A stretch of DNA of 64,000 nt from an uncultured Victivallales bacterium. Its GTDB lineage: Bacteria; Verrucomicrobiota; Lentisphaeria; Victivallales; UBA1829. Where the stretch lies: assembly GCA_944390735.1 (NCBI GenBank), contig CALXRL010000021.1:17059-81058 (forward strand). Direction: 5' to 3'. Both the position numbers and the translations under genes were made by a program. Shown here piece by piece: positions 10,114 to 19,605 of the stretch. Every line of letters begins with the position of its first letter. The stretch's first letter is position 1. Under the pieces are notes generated by a model. The model saw only the letters and a program-made list of their open reading frames with translations, was not told the DNA's origin and ran no database searches.

Positions 10114-11192
10114 GAACACAAGGCCTCCCTGTTGTTGTAGAAATGGTGAAAGGTGAATTTTTCCTGATGATACTGTTCGGTGAAGAGAAAGCGGGACAAG
10201 GTTTCGCCGACCTCCTGAAAATCGTAGGAGTAGGAGGTGACCGGACGGCTCAGACTGTTGTTGTATTCGTAGTCGAATTCGGTGATGATCCGGACCTCTT
10301 CCGGAATTCCGAGATTGCCGTTCAAGGTCTTTCTGTAATCAATGGAAAGTGTGTCGGGAAGAGCGATGAGCAGTCCGTCAAAACGGTATTTGTCGTAGAG
10401 ATCCCGGATGCACTGTTTGAATGACCGGGGATTCCCGGAGCAGAAGAGCGTGGCGCAGGTCATGGTGCTTTCGGTGTCGAGTCCGCAGCGGCGGAGCCCC
10501 TCAAAATATCCAGCTTTGCGCGGATTTTCCGGATTGTCCAGATGGTCGCTTGTGACCATGATTCTCCGGCAGCCGCTGGCATACAGCAGTTCCACATTGG
10601 AGGCGAAGGCGGAATATTCATCCAGATAGCAGCTCGCCCACTGATCCGGATACTCCTGTTCGGCCGGCAGATTTTTCCAGACGTTGCGCACCATTATGAC
10701 CCGGCACTTTTTTTCGTGCAGCAGCGGATAGACCGGATAAAACCAGTTGCTGTAAAAGACAACGCGGGCGTGTTCCGGCAGCTGCCGCAGCGCGTTCCAG
10801 TCGATCTCCTGCTGATTGTTCGTCCGGGAGATGGAGAGCGGAACCACGTGAAAATTCAGAAGATGGGACTGTGTGAGACAGCCGCTGAGAATTTTCCCCG
10901 TGGCCTGCCGTGTCGTGTAGTTCGAGCGGATGAAGTAGTCGGGACACGGAATCAGGAAAAAGAGTTCCCGCGAATCCCCGTAGCGGACATAGGTCCCCTG
11001 GCCGATGATGCGTTCGATGTAATTTTCCTTTTCCAGAATTTTCAGCGCACCCCGCAGCGTTTCTCTTGCCACGCCCAGCTGCCGGCAGAACTCCCGTTCA
11101 ATCGGAAGACGGGTGCCGTTCGGATAGACCCCTTCCGTAATCTCCTTCCGGAGCTGATGGAGCAGTGTTGTTCGCTTGACGGGCGGTTTCAC
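10110..11192 (-). CDS. GntR family transcriptional regulator with periplasmic-binding-protein-like effector domain
   Basis: [31 protein letters not shown]...GQGTYV winged HTH; LacI-like C-terminal domain. Confidence 0.88.
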   Translation of the reverse strand: MKPPVKRTTLLHQLRKEITEGVYPNGTRLPIEREFCRQLGVARETLRGALKILEKENYIERIIGQGTYVRYGDSRELFFLIPCPDYFIRSNYTTRQATGKILSGCLTQSHLLNFHVVPLSISRTNNQQEIDWNALRQLPEHARVVFYSNWFYPVYPLLHEKKCRVIMVRNVWKNLPAEQEYPDQWASCYLDEYSAFASNVELLYASGCRRIMVTSDHLDNPENPRKAGYFEGLRRCGLDTESTMTCATLFCSGNPRSFKQCIRDLYDKYRFDGLLIALPDTLSIDYRKTLNGNLGIPEEVRIITEFDYEYNNSLSRPVTSYSYDFQEVGETLSRFLFTEQYHQEKFTFHHFYNNREALCS

Positions 11193-11219
11193 CTGGAGAC
11201 GTTCCTTTCGTTTTTCTTA

Positions 11220-11248
11220 ATTATACTTGCTGGTCTAGTTATCGACAA
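11220..11248 (-). promoter_or_regulatory. Sigma70-type promoter of the GntR-pilin-GH71 operon
   Basis: Minus strand TTGTCG-N17-TATAAT; the spacer contains ACTAGACCA, resembling a GntR-type half-site. Confidence 0.55.
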
Positions 11249-11259
11249 GAGGGGGCGTG

Positions 11260-11298
11260 AAAAAAAAAGAAAAATCCGCCGGAGATTCTTCGGCGGAT
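11260..11298 (-). terminator. Rho-independent terminator of the SDR-IlvD-flavoprotein operon
   Basis: Stem ATCCGCCGGAG/CTTCGGCGGAT preceded on + by an A-tract (U-tract on -). Confidence 0.7.
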
Positions 11299-11317
11299 CC
11301 GTATGGAGGAAGAAAGT

Positions 11318-12682
11318 TCAGCGATGGGAAAGGGCGTCATCCATGGCGGCGATGGCGAGCCGGACATGGGGGAAGGGGGGAAGAGTTTTCAGGTGAGCGA
11401 TTCCTCTTCGGAGCATATCGGCGTCCGACAGCGGATCGAAGCAGGCGTCGAGAACGGAGGCAATTTCCCGGAAGATCGCCTCGGGGGTCGGTTCGGGAAG
11501 ATCGGAGACATCCGGGAGGGGAAGACGTTTTGTCTTCGCGGCATATTCCGCGGCGCTCCGTCCGGCGATTCGCCCGAAGACAAAGACTTCGAGTCCCGCA
11601 TTGCCCCCGATCCGGTCAAGTCCGTGGATTCCGCCGACGGCCTCTCCGGAGGCGAAGAGTCCCGGAACGGCGGTTTCGCACCATTCGTTGATCCGGATTC
11701 CGCCGAGCGTGGTGTGTGCGCCCGGCTTCACTTCAAAGGCGAGATGCCTGAAGTCCGGTTCGATGCGATGAAATTTCGCGGAATAGTCCGGATATTTCCG
11801 GGCGAATGCGGCTTCGTCGACCGAGGAGAAGTCGTATTGAATTCCCCCATGCGGCAGAGCGTTTCCCGCCCGGATTTCCCGCAGGATGCGTTCGGCCAGT
11901 TCCCGTTTTCCCGGAACGGGTTCCTCCGGAGAGAGAAGGGGGCGCCCGAAACGGTTCCGCAGAACCGCTCCTTCATGCAGAACGGTCGTGATGACCGGAA
12001 AGCCGGCGATTTTTTCGGGGTGGACGGTGACGGCCGGTTCAAACTGCACACATCCCAGTCCGGTCAGTTCCGCTCCGGCTTCGGAAGCGAGGATCAGGGA
12101 GTCTCCTCTCAGCATCCGGCTCCAGGTATGGAACTTCCAGAGTCCCGCGAATCCGCCGCCGGCGAGAATGACGGCTTTCGCGGAGATGCGTCTTCCGCCG
12201 GAGGTGCAGGCTCCGCAGAGAACTCCCTCCTTCCGGAAGAGACGGACGATTCGTTCGTGTTCCGTTTCGGCGGAAAGAAGACGCATCGCCTGTCTGCCGG
12301 TGGAGCTTCCGCTGTGCACGACCCGGGGGAAGGAGGAACCGATGGCGTTGACCGTATCGTATGCGCCCTCCGGAGTCCGGTCAAACCGCAGACCGAGCGC
12401 TTCGAGGTGGTGAAGTTCGGGAAGGGCCCGTTCCGCAAGGAGGCGCGCCAGACGCGGATCGGAACGGCCGCCTCCGGCGTTCAGAATATCGCGGAGAAAA
12501 AGCTCCGGAGAGTCGTCCGGATGAACCGGCGCGGAGAAGCCCATGATCTCCGTGGAGGCCGCGCCGCCTGCGTCGAACAGCATAACCCGGAGTCCGGAGT
12601 CTGCGTTGCGCACTTCTTCCGCGGCGGTTCGTCCCGCGAGCCCCGCGCCGACGAGCAGAATGTCGGTTTCGAGCGTCTTCAT
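11318..12682 (-). CDS. FAD-binding oxidoreductase of the SdhA/FrdA/NadB flavoprotein family (divergent)
   Basis: DILLVGAGLAG, VILAGGG, PGAHTTLGGI, PGLFASGEAVGGIHGLDRIGGNAGLEVFVFGR; the start overlaps the IlvD stop. Confidence 0.85.
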   Translation of the reverse strand: MKTLETDILLVGAGLAGRTAAEEVRNADSGLRVMLFDAGGAASTEIMGFSAPVHPDDSPELFLRDILNAGGGRSDPRLARLLAERALPELHHLEALGLRFDRTPEGAYDTVNAIGSSFPRVVHSGSSTGRQAMRLLSAETEHERIVRLFRKEGVLCGACTSGGRRISAKAVILAGGGFAGLWKFHTWSRMLRGDSLILASEAGAELTGLGCVQFEPAVTVHPEKIAGFPVITTVLHEGAVLRNRFGRPLLSPEEPVPGKRELAERILREIRAGNALPHGGIQYDFSSVDEAAFARKYPDYSAKFHRIEPDFRHLAFEVKPGAHTTLGGIRINEWCETAVPGLFASGEAVGGIHGLDRIGGNAGLEVFVFGRIAGRSAAEYAAKTKRLPLPDVSDLPEPTPEAIFREIASVLDACFDPLSDADMLRRGIAHLKTLPPFPHVRLAIAAMDDALSHR

Positions 12683-14349
12683 TCCCAGACCGCCCCATTG
12701 GCCAGCGATCCGGCGTTTTTGCTGAAGAGCCGGAGAAACGGCGGGTACTGGTCCGCCGGAAATTCCCAGTGCCACTGCGATCTGCGCTGTTTCAGCTCCT
12801 CGGGGGAGACGAGAAGATCAATTCTGCGCTGATCCAGATCAATTTCGATGCGGTCGCCGTCGCGGACGAGCGCGAGGGGGCCGCCCAGCGCGGCCTCCGG
12901 CGAGAGATAGCCGATGCTCAGGCCGCTGGAGCCCCCGGAGCAGCGGCCGTCGGTGATGATCGCCACATCGTCCGCCAGCCCGCGTCCCTTGAGCTCCTTC
13001 TGAAAGACGTAGGCGGTGGTTCCGAAGGCCGCTTTCGGTCCGAGATAGCGGAGAATGGCGGCGTCGCCTTTCCGGATGCGGTTTTCCTTCAGCGCGTTCA
13101 GCGCGTCGTCGAGGGAATCGAAGGTTCTTGCCGGTCCGGAGAAGCGGTGCATGGCGTCGGTGCATGCGCCTGCTTTGATGATGCAGCCGTCCGGAGCGAG
13201 CGAGCCGTAAAGCACATACAGCGCGCCCGAGGTGGAGACCGGATGCTCCAGCGGACGGATGATTTCCTCGTCGAAAACCGGAGTTTCCGCATAGTTTTCC
13301 GCAATGGTCTTTCCGGTGACCGTGAGCGCATCGCCGTGAAGGAGCGGAAGCAGACGTTTCAAAATGGCGGCGGATCCGCCCGCCCGGTCGATCTCCTGAA
13401 GGTGCCACGGTCCGCTGGGGGAGGCCGCCACGATCTGCGGGACGCTCCGCGATGCCCGGTCGAATGTTTCCCACCAGCGTCTGCGCAGTCCCGCCTCCGT
13501 CGCGATGGCGGGAAGATGCAGAAAAAGATTGGTCGATCCCGCGGTCGCCATGGTCATGGCGATGGCATTTTCCACGGCATCGGCGGTGAGGATCTGTCTT
13601 GCCGTGATCTTCTGCTCCACCAGCTCCATGATGCGTTTTCCGGCCCGGTAGGCGCACTGGAGAATCGCGGAGCCGACGGCGGACATGCAGCCGTTGCCCG
13701 GCAGGGAGAGTCCCAGCGCTTCGGCGGCAAAGCACATGCTGTTCGCGGTGGTCATGACGCCGCATGCGCCGCAGGGAGCGTACATGGAGGCGATCTCGCG
13801 GTCCGCCTTCGCCCGCTCATATTGACCGCTCATGACCTTTCCGACGTGATCGGTGAGTTCGATGTAGTTGACATTGCGTCCGTCCAGAGAGGTCATCGGC
13901 ATGTAGCCTCCGGTGACCATGATCGCGGGAATGTCGAGCCGGGCCGCCGCCATCAGATGCCCCGGGACGATGGAGTCGCAGGTGGAAAGCAGCACCATGC
14001 CGTCGAACATGTTGCTTTCCACGATGAGTTCGACCTCGTCGGCGATGCTGTTCCGGCTGGGCAGTTCAATATAGCGCGGATTTTTCAGCACCATGCCGTC
14101 GCAGACCGCCGTGGTCATCAGTTCGAAGGGCAGACCCCCGGCCTCCCGCACGCCCTGCTTGACGCGTTCGCTCAGTCGCCGCAGATGAACGTGACCCGGA
14201 TTGTATTCGTTCCAGGAGTTGACAACCGCAATGATCGGCCGTTCAAACTCCTCTTCGGTGTAGCCCATGCCGCGCACGAGTCCGCGGCGGCATTCGTTGG
14301 CGACTCCGTAGCCGCTGACACTGCGGAGAGAGGAAATGGATGAGTTCAT
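12679..14349 (-). CDS. IlvD/Edd family dehydratase (divergent; probably a sugar-acid dehydratase)
   Basis: RPIIAVVNSWNEYNPGHVHL, AVCDG, CGACGVMTTANSM, GSTN, YGSLAPDGCIIK, ITDGRCSGG, SPEAALGGPLALVRDGDRI. Confidence 0.9.
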   Translation of the reverse strand: MNSSISSLRSVSGYGVANECRRGLVRGMGYTEEEFERPIIAVVNSWNEYNPGHVHLRRLSERVKQGVREAGGLPFELMTTAVCDGMVLKNPRYIELPSRNSIADEVELIVESNMFDGMVLLSTCDSIVPGHLMAAARLDIPAIMVTGGYMPMTSLDGRNVNYIELTDHVGKVMSGQYERAKADREIASMYAPCGACGVMTTANSMCFAAEALGLSLPGNGCMSAVGSAILQCAYRAGKRIMELVEQKITARQILTADAVENAIAMTMATAGSTNLFLHLPAIATEAGLRRRWWETFDRASRSVPQIVAASPSGPWHLQEIDRAGGSAAILKRLLPLLHGDALTVTGKTIAENYAETPVFDEEIIRPLEHPVSTSGALYVLYGSLAPDGCIIKAGACTDAMHRFSGPARTFDSLDDALNALKENRIRKGDAAILRYLGPKAAFGTTAYVFQKELKGRGLADDVAIITDGRCSGGSSGLSIGYLSPEAALGGPLALVRDGDRIEIDLDQRRIDLLVSPEELKQRRSQWHWEFPADQYPPFLRLFSKNAGSLANGAVWE

Positions 14350-14394
14350 AAGGAAACGTTTCTCCTGTTTTACGTGGGTGGGAAAGGGGGAGGA

Positions 14395-15186
14395 TCAGTC
14401 GATCATCCGGTCGATGGCGCCGTCGATGGACTGCCCGCCGTCAATGACGAAGGTCTGACCGGTGATGAAGGCGGATTTTTCATCATCCGCAAGAAAGAGC
14501 ATCATCGGCGTGATGTCGGAGGTGCTGCCGAGCCGGCCGAGCGGAATTTTCCGCAGGAACGCCTTCTTCTCCTCTTCCGAATAGCGCGCCGAAAGGCTGG
14601 TCTGAATGAATCCCGGCGCAATCAGATTCACATTGATTCCATAACGGGCGACTTCGACTCCGAGAGCCTTCGTAAACATGGCCAGTCCCGCTTTCGCCGG
14701 CGAGTAGGGGAGCATCTTCCGCTTCACCCACGTGACGATGCCGTGGATCGAGCCGACATTGATGATCTTGCCCCGGTTCTTCCTGGCAATCATATCCCGG
14801 ATCGCGATCCGCGAGGTGTAGGCCGCGGCGTTCAGATTCAGATCCACCTGATTGTTCCAGTAGGAGACGGGCATGTCGATGAATCCCCCTTCGGGAATCC
14901 GGAGCGCGCCGCCCGCGTTGTTGATCAGCACGTCGATTCTGCCGAAGCGGTCGAGAAAGGCGTTCACCATGGTTTCGCAGGCGTCGGGATCGCTGACGTC
15001 CGCTTCATAGAGTTCCGCCTCTCTGCCGAGCGCGCGGACGGCGGAGCGCGTCGCCTCCGCTCCTTCCCGGTTCCGGTGATAGTTGATTCCGACATCGCAT
15101 CCCGCCTGCGCAAATGCGGTTGCCGCCGCTGCTCCGATGCCGTGCGATGCGCCTGTAATCAGGACCTTTTTTCCCGCGACTCCCAT
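14395..15186 (-). CDS. Short-chain dehydrogenase/reductase (SDR)
   Basis: TGASHGIG, NNAG, YSPAK catalytic motif, VNLIAPGFIQT, ITGQTFVIDGG. Confidence 0.92.
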   Translation of the reverse strand: MGVAGKKVLITGASHGIGAAAATAFAQAGCDVGINYHRNREGAEATRSAVRALGREAELYEADVSDPDACETMVNAFLDRFGRIDVLINNAGGALRIPEGGFIDMPVSYWNNQVDLNLNAAAYTSRIAIRDMIARKNRGKIINVGSIHGIVTWVKRKMLPYSPAKAGLAMFTKALGVEVARYGINVNLIAPGFIQTSLSARYSEEEKKAFLRKIPLGRLGSTSDITPMMLFLADDEKSAFITGQTFVIDGGQSIDGAIDRMID

Positions 15187-15232
15187 TTTATCTCCTTTGC
15201 TTTAAATTGAGAAATACGGTTCGTTTCTTCTT

Positions 15233-15281
15233 TATTTTATCAACTCTGATATAAATATAGAAACTTTTTTGAAAAAGTCAA
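15233..15281 (-). promoter_or_regulatory. Promoter and putative ROK operator upstream of the SDR operon
   Basis: Minus strand TTGACT-N16-TATATT; overlapping AT-rich imperfect palindrome TATTTTATCAACTCTGATATAAATA whose core recurs at 17407. Confidence 0.55.
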
Positions 15282-15300
15282 ATTCCGGATGACTGAAACG

Positions 15301-16467
15301 TCAGAAAAACGTTTCGTAGGCGAGGCGGGCGGCTCCGATGGCCGACTGGTGAGCCCCGAGATTGGTGATGTCGAGGAAGCAGCTGCGGCGTTCGGGCGGG
15401 AGGATCTCCGCCAGTTTTTCCAGGGTGGTCCGGAAGAGGAATCCGTCGCGTTTGCTCTGGCCGCCGGAAAAGAGGATGGCGTCGGGTGCGTAGAGCTGGA
15501 TCATGGCGGCAATGCCGACGGCGTTGTAGGAGGCGGCCGTGGTCATGATTTTCACTGCGTCGGGATCTCCCAGGGCGGCCGCGCGGTCGAGCGCCGGCGC
15601 CGAATGCAGTTCCGGTCGCGAGGGCAGGGTTTCCCGGGCGATTCCCGCCAGATACCGGGAACCGGAGTAGGCCTCCAGACATCCCGTGAACCCGCAGGTG
15701 CAGAGATGGCGGTTCCCCGGAATGAGAATGTGTCCGATATAGCCCACCGGCCGTTTCGGATGACTGAGCAGAAGCAGATGATTGGTCACGATTCCGGAGC
15801 CGATTCCGACGCCGAGTCCGATGCTGACCAGGTTTCCGCAGCCCGCGCGCTTCCCGAAATGGTACTCCGCGCAGACCGCCGCCGCCTGAGTGGTGACCGC
15901 GTAGACGGGTTTGCCGATGCGCCGGGCAATCTCCGCCACCGGAACATCGGCCCCGTATTTCATGCCGAAATTTCCGCCGGAGACGATGATTCCGTGTTCG
16001 GAATCGACATTGCCCGAGACCGCCAGTCCCACGGCATGCAGCAGCTCCCTCCGCAGTCCGCTCTCTTTCAGTTCCTGTTCGAACACGCCGGCGATCCAGT
16101 CCAGAAAACGTTCCTGCGTCGTATACGGTTCCGTCGGGAGCTCGTCCCGGTGAAGAATCTTGAAATTCATGTCGCAGAAGAGCGTTTTTGTGGTGGATGC
16201 TCCAATGTCGATTCCGCAGAACAGCGCCGAATCCGCATTTACGCAGAGCGGGACGACGGGTCGCCCCGGCGAGTTTGTCTTCTCCTCCTTGCGCGCAAAC
16301 AGATATCCCTGTTCCAGCAGGGCGTTCACGGTTTTGCACATGGTGCCCCACGAGAGATTCGTGATATGCTGGATGTCTTTTTTGGATGCGCTGTTCCTTC
16401 CGTTCCGGACCGCATCCATTACCTTTCCTTTATTTGAGGGCATGTTCCGTTTCTGTTCCTGTGTCAC
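15301..16467 (-). CDS. ROK family transcriptional repressor
   Basis: N-terminal HTH (TNLSWGTMCKTVNALLEQGYL, GRP), GIDIG, GVGIGSGI, IGHI...CTCGFTGCLEAY zinc motif. Confidence 0.9.
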   Translation of the reverse strand: MTQEQKRNMPSNKGKVMDAVRNGRNSASKKDIQHITNLSWGTMCKTVNALLEQGYLFARKEEKTNSPGRPVVPLCVNADSALFCGIDIGASTTKTLFCDMNFKILHRDELPTEPYTTQERFLDWIAGVFEQELKESGLRRELLHAVGLAVSGNVDSEHGIIVSGGNFGMKYGADVPVAEIARRIGKPVYAVTTQAAAVCAEYHFGKRAGCGNLVSIGLGVGIGSGIVTNHLLLLSHPKRPVGYIGHILIPGNRHLCTCGFTGCLEAYSGSRYLAGIARETLPSRPELHSAPALDRAAALGDPDAVKIMTTAASYNAVGIAAMIQLYAPDAILFSGGQSKRDGFLFRTTLEKLAEILPPERRSCFLDITNLGAHQSAIGAARLAYETFF

Positions 16468-17357
16468 TGCGCCGGAGTTTCCGGCGGATTTTGTTCCCGG
16501 TCCTTCCGATGCGCCATGACCGTGTGAAGCGCAAGAAACAGGAATTCCGGTCTTTGTCCTCCGATGGAGCGGATGAGATGTTCCGCCAGTTCAGCGGAAT
16601 CCGTTTTTCCCGACCGTATCGCGGACGCAATTATTCTATCATACAAATCCGTGATTTCAAGCGCTTCCCGCAGACACTTTGCGGCTTTTTCCCCGCGCAG
16701 AACCGGAGTGTTCCATGGCAGATAGGGGTGACCGGTCACGATGGTCGAGGGGGAGAGGCTCTGAAGTTTCCGCATCGAGGCGCGATATGCGCTCCGGTCC
16801 CGGTAGAGCGCGCATCCCTGAAGAACGGTGCCGTTTCCCTGGATGGAGTCGCCGGTCAGCAGGGTGCGGCTCTCCCGGTCCAGAAAGCAGACGGTGTCCG
16901 AGTCGTGCCCCGGAGTGTGTATCAGCTGCAGAGGGCCGATCGTGTCGGAATCCCTCAGCAGGAAATCGGGTTCGGTCCCCTCCAGAACGGCGGGCGGTGC
17001 CGGACTGTATCCCGGAAACGCGTCGCGGATCTCTCTGCTGTATTTCAGGGGGTTGCGCAGTTTCTCCGCGCCGCCTTCAAAGACTCCGCAGGGGACTGCC
17101 GCCAGCTCCCGGAGCCGATGGTGGCCGCCGATGTGATCTCCGTGTGTGTGGGTGCAGAGCAGATACGACAGGTCCGAAAGAGACAGTCCCAGTTTTTTCA
17201 ATGCGGGAAGAAGAACGCTGTCCACCGTCTCCGCGGAGGCTCCGGAATCGATCAGAATGCTCATCTCCCGTCGGATCAGGTACACTCCGCTCCAGAGTCC
17301 GCCAAAGGGGGTTTTCAAAAGGAAAATTCCATCGGCCACCGGTTCAAATGTCTGCAT
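16464..17357 (-). CDS. MBL-fold metallo-hydrolase
   Basis: LIDSG, THTHGDHIGG (HxHxDH), HTPGHD, LLTGD, TGH. Confidence 0.9.
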   Translation of the reverse strand: MQTFEPVADGIFLLKTPFGGLWSGVYLIRREMSILIDSGASAETVDSVLLPALKKLGLSLSDLSYLLCTHTHGDHIGGHHRLRELAAVPCGVFEGGAEKLRNPLKYSREIRDAFPGYSPAPPAVLEGTEPDFLLRDSDTIGPLQLIHTPGHDSDTVCFLDRESRTLLTGDSIQGNGTVLQGCALYRDRSAYRASMRKLQSLSPSTIVTGHPYLPWNTPVLRGEKAAKCLREALEITDLYDRIIASAIRSGKTDSAELAEHLIRSIGGQRPEFLFLALHTVMAHRKDREQNPPETPAQ

Positions 17358-17406
17358 TTTTTTGATTTCCTCCTTGTATTTTCCGGATCGTTCCTGTATA
17401 ATATAA

Positions 17407-17422
17407 ATCAACTTTGATATAA
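17407..17422. promoter_or_regulatory. Putative ROK operator in the divergent MBL/DUF1116 promoter region
   Basis: ATCAACTTTGATATAA is 15/16 identical to ATCAACTCTGATATAA at 15239-15254. Confidence 0.55.
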
Positions 17423-17443
17423 TTCAATAAAGGAGTGGCGGAA

Positions 17444-18661
17444 ATGAGGGAAGCGAACAAGATCGCGTTTGAAAAACTGACCCTTGCGCGTCCGGTGCTG
17501 ATCGGCTGCGCGACGGCGGGAGAGGTGATGCCGGGATTCCGGAAAAATTGGATTCTGCATTCCGGTCCTCCGGTGGCGTTCGAAACCATGCGCGGGCCGC
17601 ATCGGATGGGAATCGTCGGAGCGGCGATGCTGGAAGGCCTGGCACGCGATGAGAAGGAGGCGGTCGGGATGATCGAATCCGGCGAAATCGAACTGGGGTG
17701 CGCCAATGATTTTCACTCCGGGGGGCCCGGCGCCGGAATCACGTCGTATTCCATGGCGGTTCTGGTGGTGCGGGAGGAGCGTTCCGGCACGCTCGGGTTT
17801 GCTCCTCCGATCGAAGGAGCGCTGGGGGGCGGCCTCGGCGGATGGGGCGTCTATCACGACGCCGTGCGGGAAAATCTGAAACGGATCGCCGGGACGTATG
17901 CTCCGCTGCTCGACCGGGTGCTGAAACAGGGCGGAGGAATCGATATCTCCGATCTGTTCGCGGAGGGGCTCCGGATGGGGGACGAGGAGCACACCCGGCA
18001 GGCGGCAACCGACAAACTCTTTCTTTCGCTGGTCCTGGAACGCTCCCTGAAGTCGGATCTGACCGATTCCGAGCGGATCACGCTTCTGCGGTGGCTGAAT
18101 GAATGCCGGCGCTTTGTGCATCATGCGGGCTGTGCCGCGGCGGTGGCGGCGCTGAAATCGGCATCCGGGGTTCCCGGCTCGACTCTTGTCACGGCAATGT
18201 GCGGAAACGGCTGTGAATTCGGCATCAAGATCAGCGCTTCGGGCGAGCGCTGGTTCACGGCTCCCGCTCCGACCTTCCACGGCCGCTGCTTCTCTCCGTC
18301 GGACTCCCTGCGTGATGCCGCGCCGTGGCTTGGCGACAGCAGCAATGTGGAGGCCTGGGGACTCGGCGGCATGGCCGCGGCGGCCGCTCCGGCTCTTCTC
18401 CGCGAACGGGGCCAGTCGCCTGACGACGGCATCCGCCAGTGTGCGGAAATGGCGGAAATCTGTTTCGGACGCAGTCCCCGTTTTGCCGTTCCCCTGATTC
18501 CCGAGGGATTCGCTCCGGCGGGCATTCTGGCTGATCGGGTCGTGGAGAAGAACATTACGCCCGTGATGCACGGCGGCATTCTCTCCCGTGTGACGGGCGG
18601 ACAGATCGGGGTCGGTTATGCGCGGACTCCTTCGGCCTGCTTTGAAAAGGCGCTCGCATGA
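17444..18661 (+). CDS. DUF1116 (YlbE/YahG/AllG-like) protein
   Basis: EANKIAFEKL..ARPVLIG, ILHSGPP, GITSYSM, LRMGDEEH, VTAMCGNGCEFGIKIS, GDSS.VEAWGLGG, GQIGVG. Confidence 0.82.
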   Translation: MREANKIAFEKLTLARPVLIGCATAGEVMPGFRKNWILHSGPPVAFETMRGPHRMGIVGAAMLEGLARDEKEAVGMIESGEIELGCANDFHSGGPGAGITSYSMAVLVVREERSGTLGFAPPIEGALGGGLGGWGVYHDAVRENLKRIAGTYAPLLDRVLKQGGGIDISDLFAEGLRMGDEEHTRQAATDKLFLSLVLERSLKSDLTDSERITLLRWLNECRRFVHHAGCAAAVAALKSASGVPGSTLVTAMCGNGCEFGIKISASGERWFTAPAPTFHGRCFSPSDSLRDAAPWLGDSSNVEAWGLGGMAAAAAPALLRERGQSPDDGIRQCAEMAEICFGRSPRFAVPLIPEGFAPAGILADRVVEKNITPVMHGGILSRVTGGQIGVGYARTPSACFEKALA

Positions 18662-19605
18662 GTGTCTGGAGAGTGATCCGCCGGGAGGAAATGGAGATTC
18701 TGGAATATGAAACGCCGGAATGGCAGGCTTCCGTGGCGCTGTCATCGGGGGGAAATCTGATCCGTCTTCGCTACCTTCCGAAGGAGGTGGAGATTCTGCG
18801 CTTTCCCCGGAACGGGGCGGAACTGAAGGCACGTCCGGAGTGTTTCGGTTCTCCTCTTCTTCTGCCCCCGAACCGGATTGCGGACGGCATGTTTCAGGCG
18901 AATCATGTTCTCTACCGTCTGCCGCTGAACGAGCGGGAGACCCATTCGCATCTGCACGGCCTTGTGCTCGGACGAAGGTGGACCCTCCTGTCCGCGGGGG
19001 AGGAGGGAATTGCGGTCGGATACCGCTTCTCGCCCCGGGTTCCGGAATATTCCGGGTTCCCGCATGAGTTTCAGCTGGAACTCCGCTATTGCTTCGCTCC
19101 GGAGGTCGTGACGACGATTCTTTCCATCCGGAACTCCGGCCGGAACGCGATGCCGCTGGGAGTGGGGTTTCACACCACCTTCCTCCTGCCGCCGGAAGAG
19201 GAGCCCTCCGTTGCCGTTCCGCGCGGAGAGGGGTTCTGGGAGGTGCATCCCCGGCGCAGATTGCCCACCGGGCGTCTGCTTCCCTGGGATCCCGGAATTG
19301 CGGATTTGCTGGACGGAAAACGGTCCGCGGCCTCCCTCCCGGTCGCACATCTCTTTCCCCTGCGCGGAAAACGGGAGGCTCTGATCCGCCGTTCCCGCTG
19401 CCATATCCGCTACCGGTTCGATGAAAAATACGCCCATCTCGCCTGCTGGAATCAGGGGGGGAACGGCGATTTCTTCTGCATCGAGCCCATGAGCTGGATG
19501 ACCAATGCTCCGAACCTTCCGCTTCCGCCGGAAATCAGCGGCTTCTCTTTTCTGGAGGGAGGAAAAACTCGAATCTTCCGCTCCGCGTTCCGGATCGAAA
19601 TCTGA
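18658..19605 (+). CDS. Aldose 1-epimerase family protein
   Basis: GSPLLLPPNRIADG, HLHGLV, PLGVGFHTTF, FFCIEPMSWMTNAPN. Confidence 0.88.
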   Translation: MSVWRVIRREEMEILEYETPEWQASVALSSGGNLIRLRYLPKEVEILRFPRNGAELKARPECFGSPLLLPPNRIADGMFQANHVLYRLPLNERETHSHLHGLVLGRRWTLLSAGEEGIAVGYRFSPRVPEYSGFPHEFQLELRYCFAPEVVTTILSIRNSGRNAMPLGVGFHTTFLLPPEEEPSVAVPRGEGFWEVHPRRRLPTGRLLPWDPGIADLLDGKRSAASLPVAHLFPLRGKREALIRRSRCHIRYRFDEKYAHLACWNQGGNGDFFCIEPMSWMTNAPNLPLPPEISGFSFLEGGKTRIFRSAFRIEI

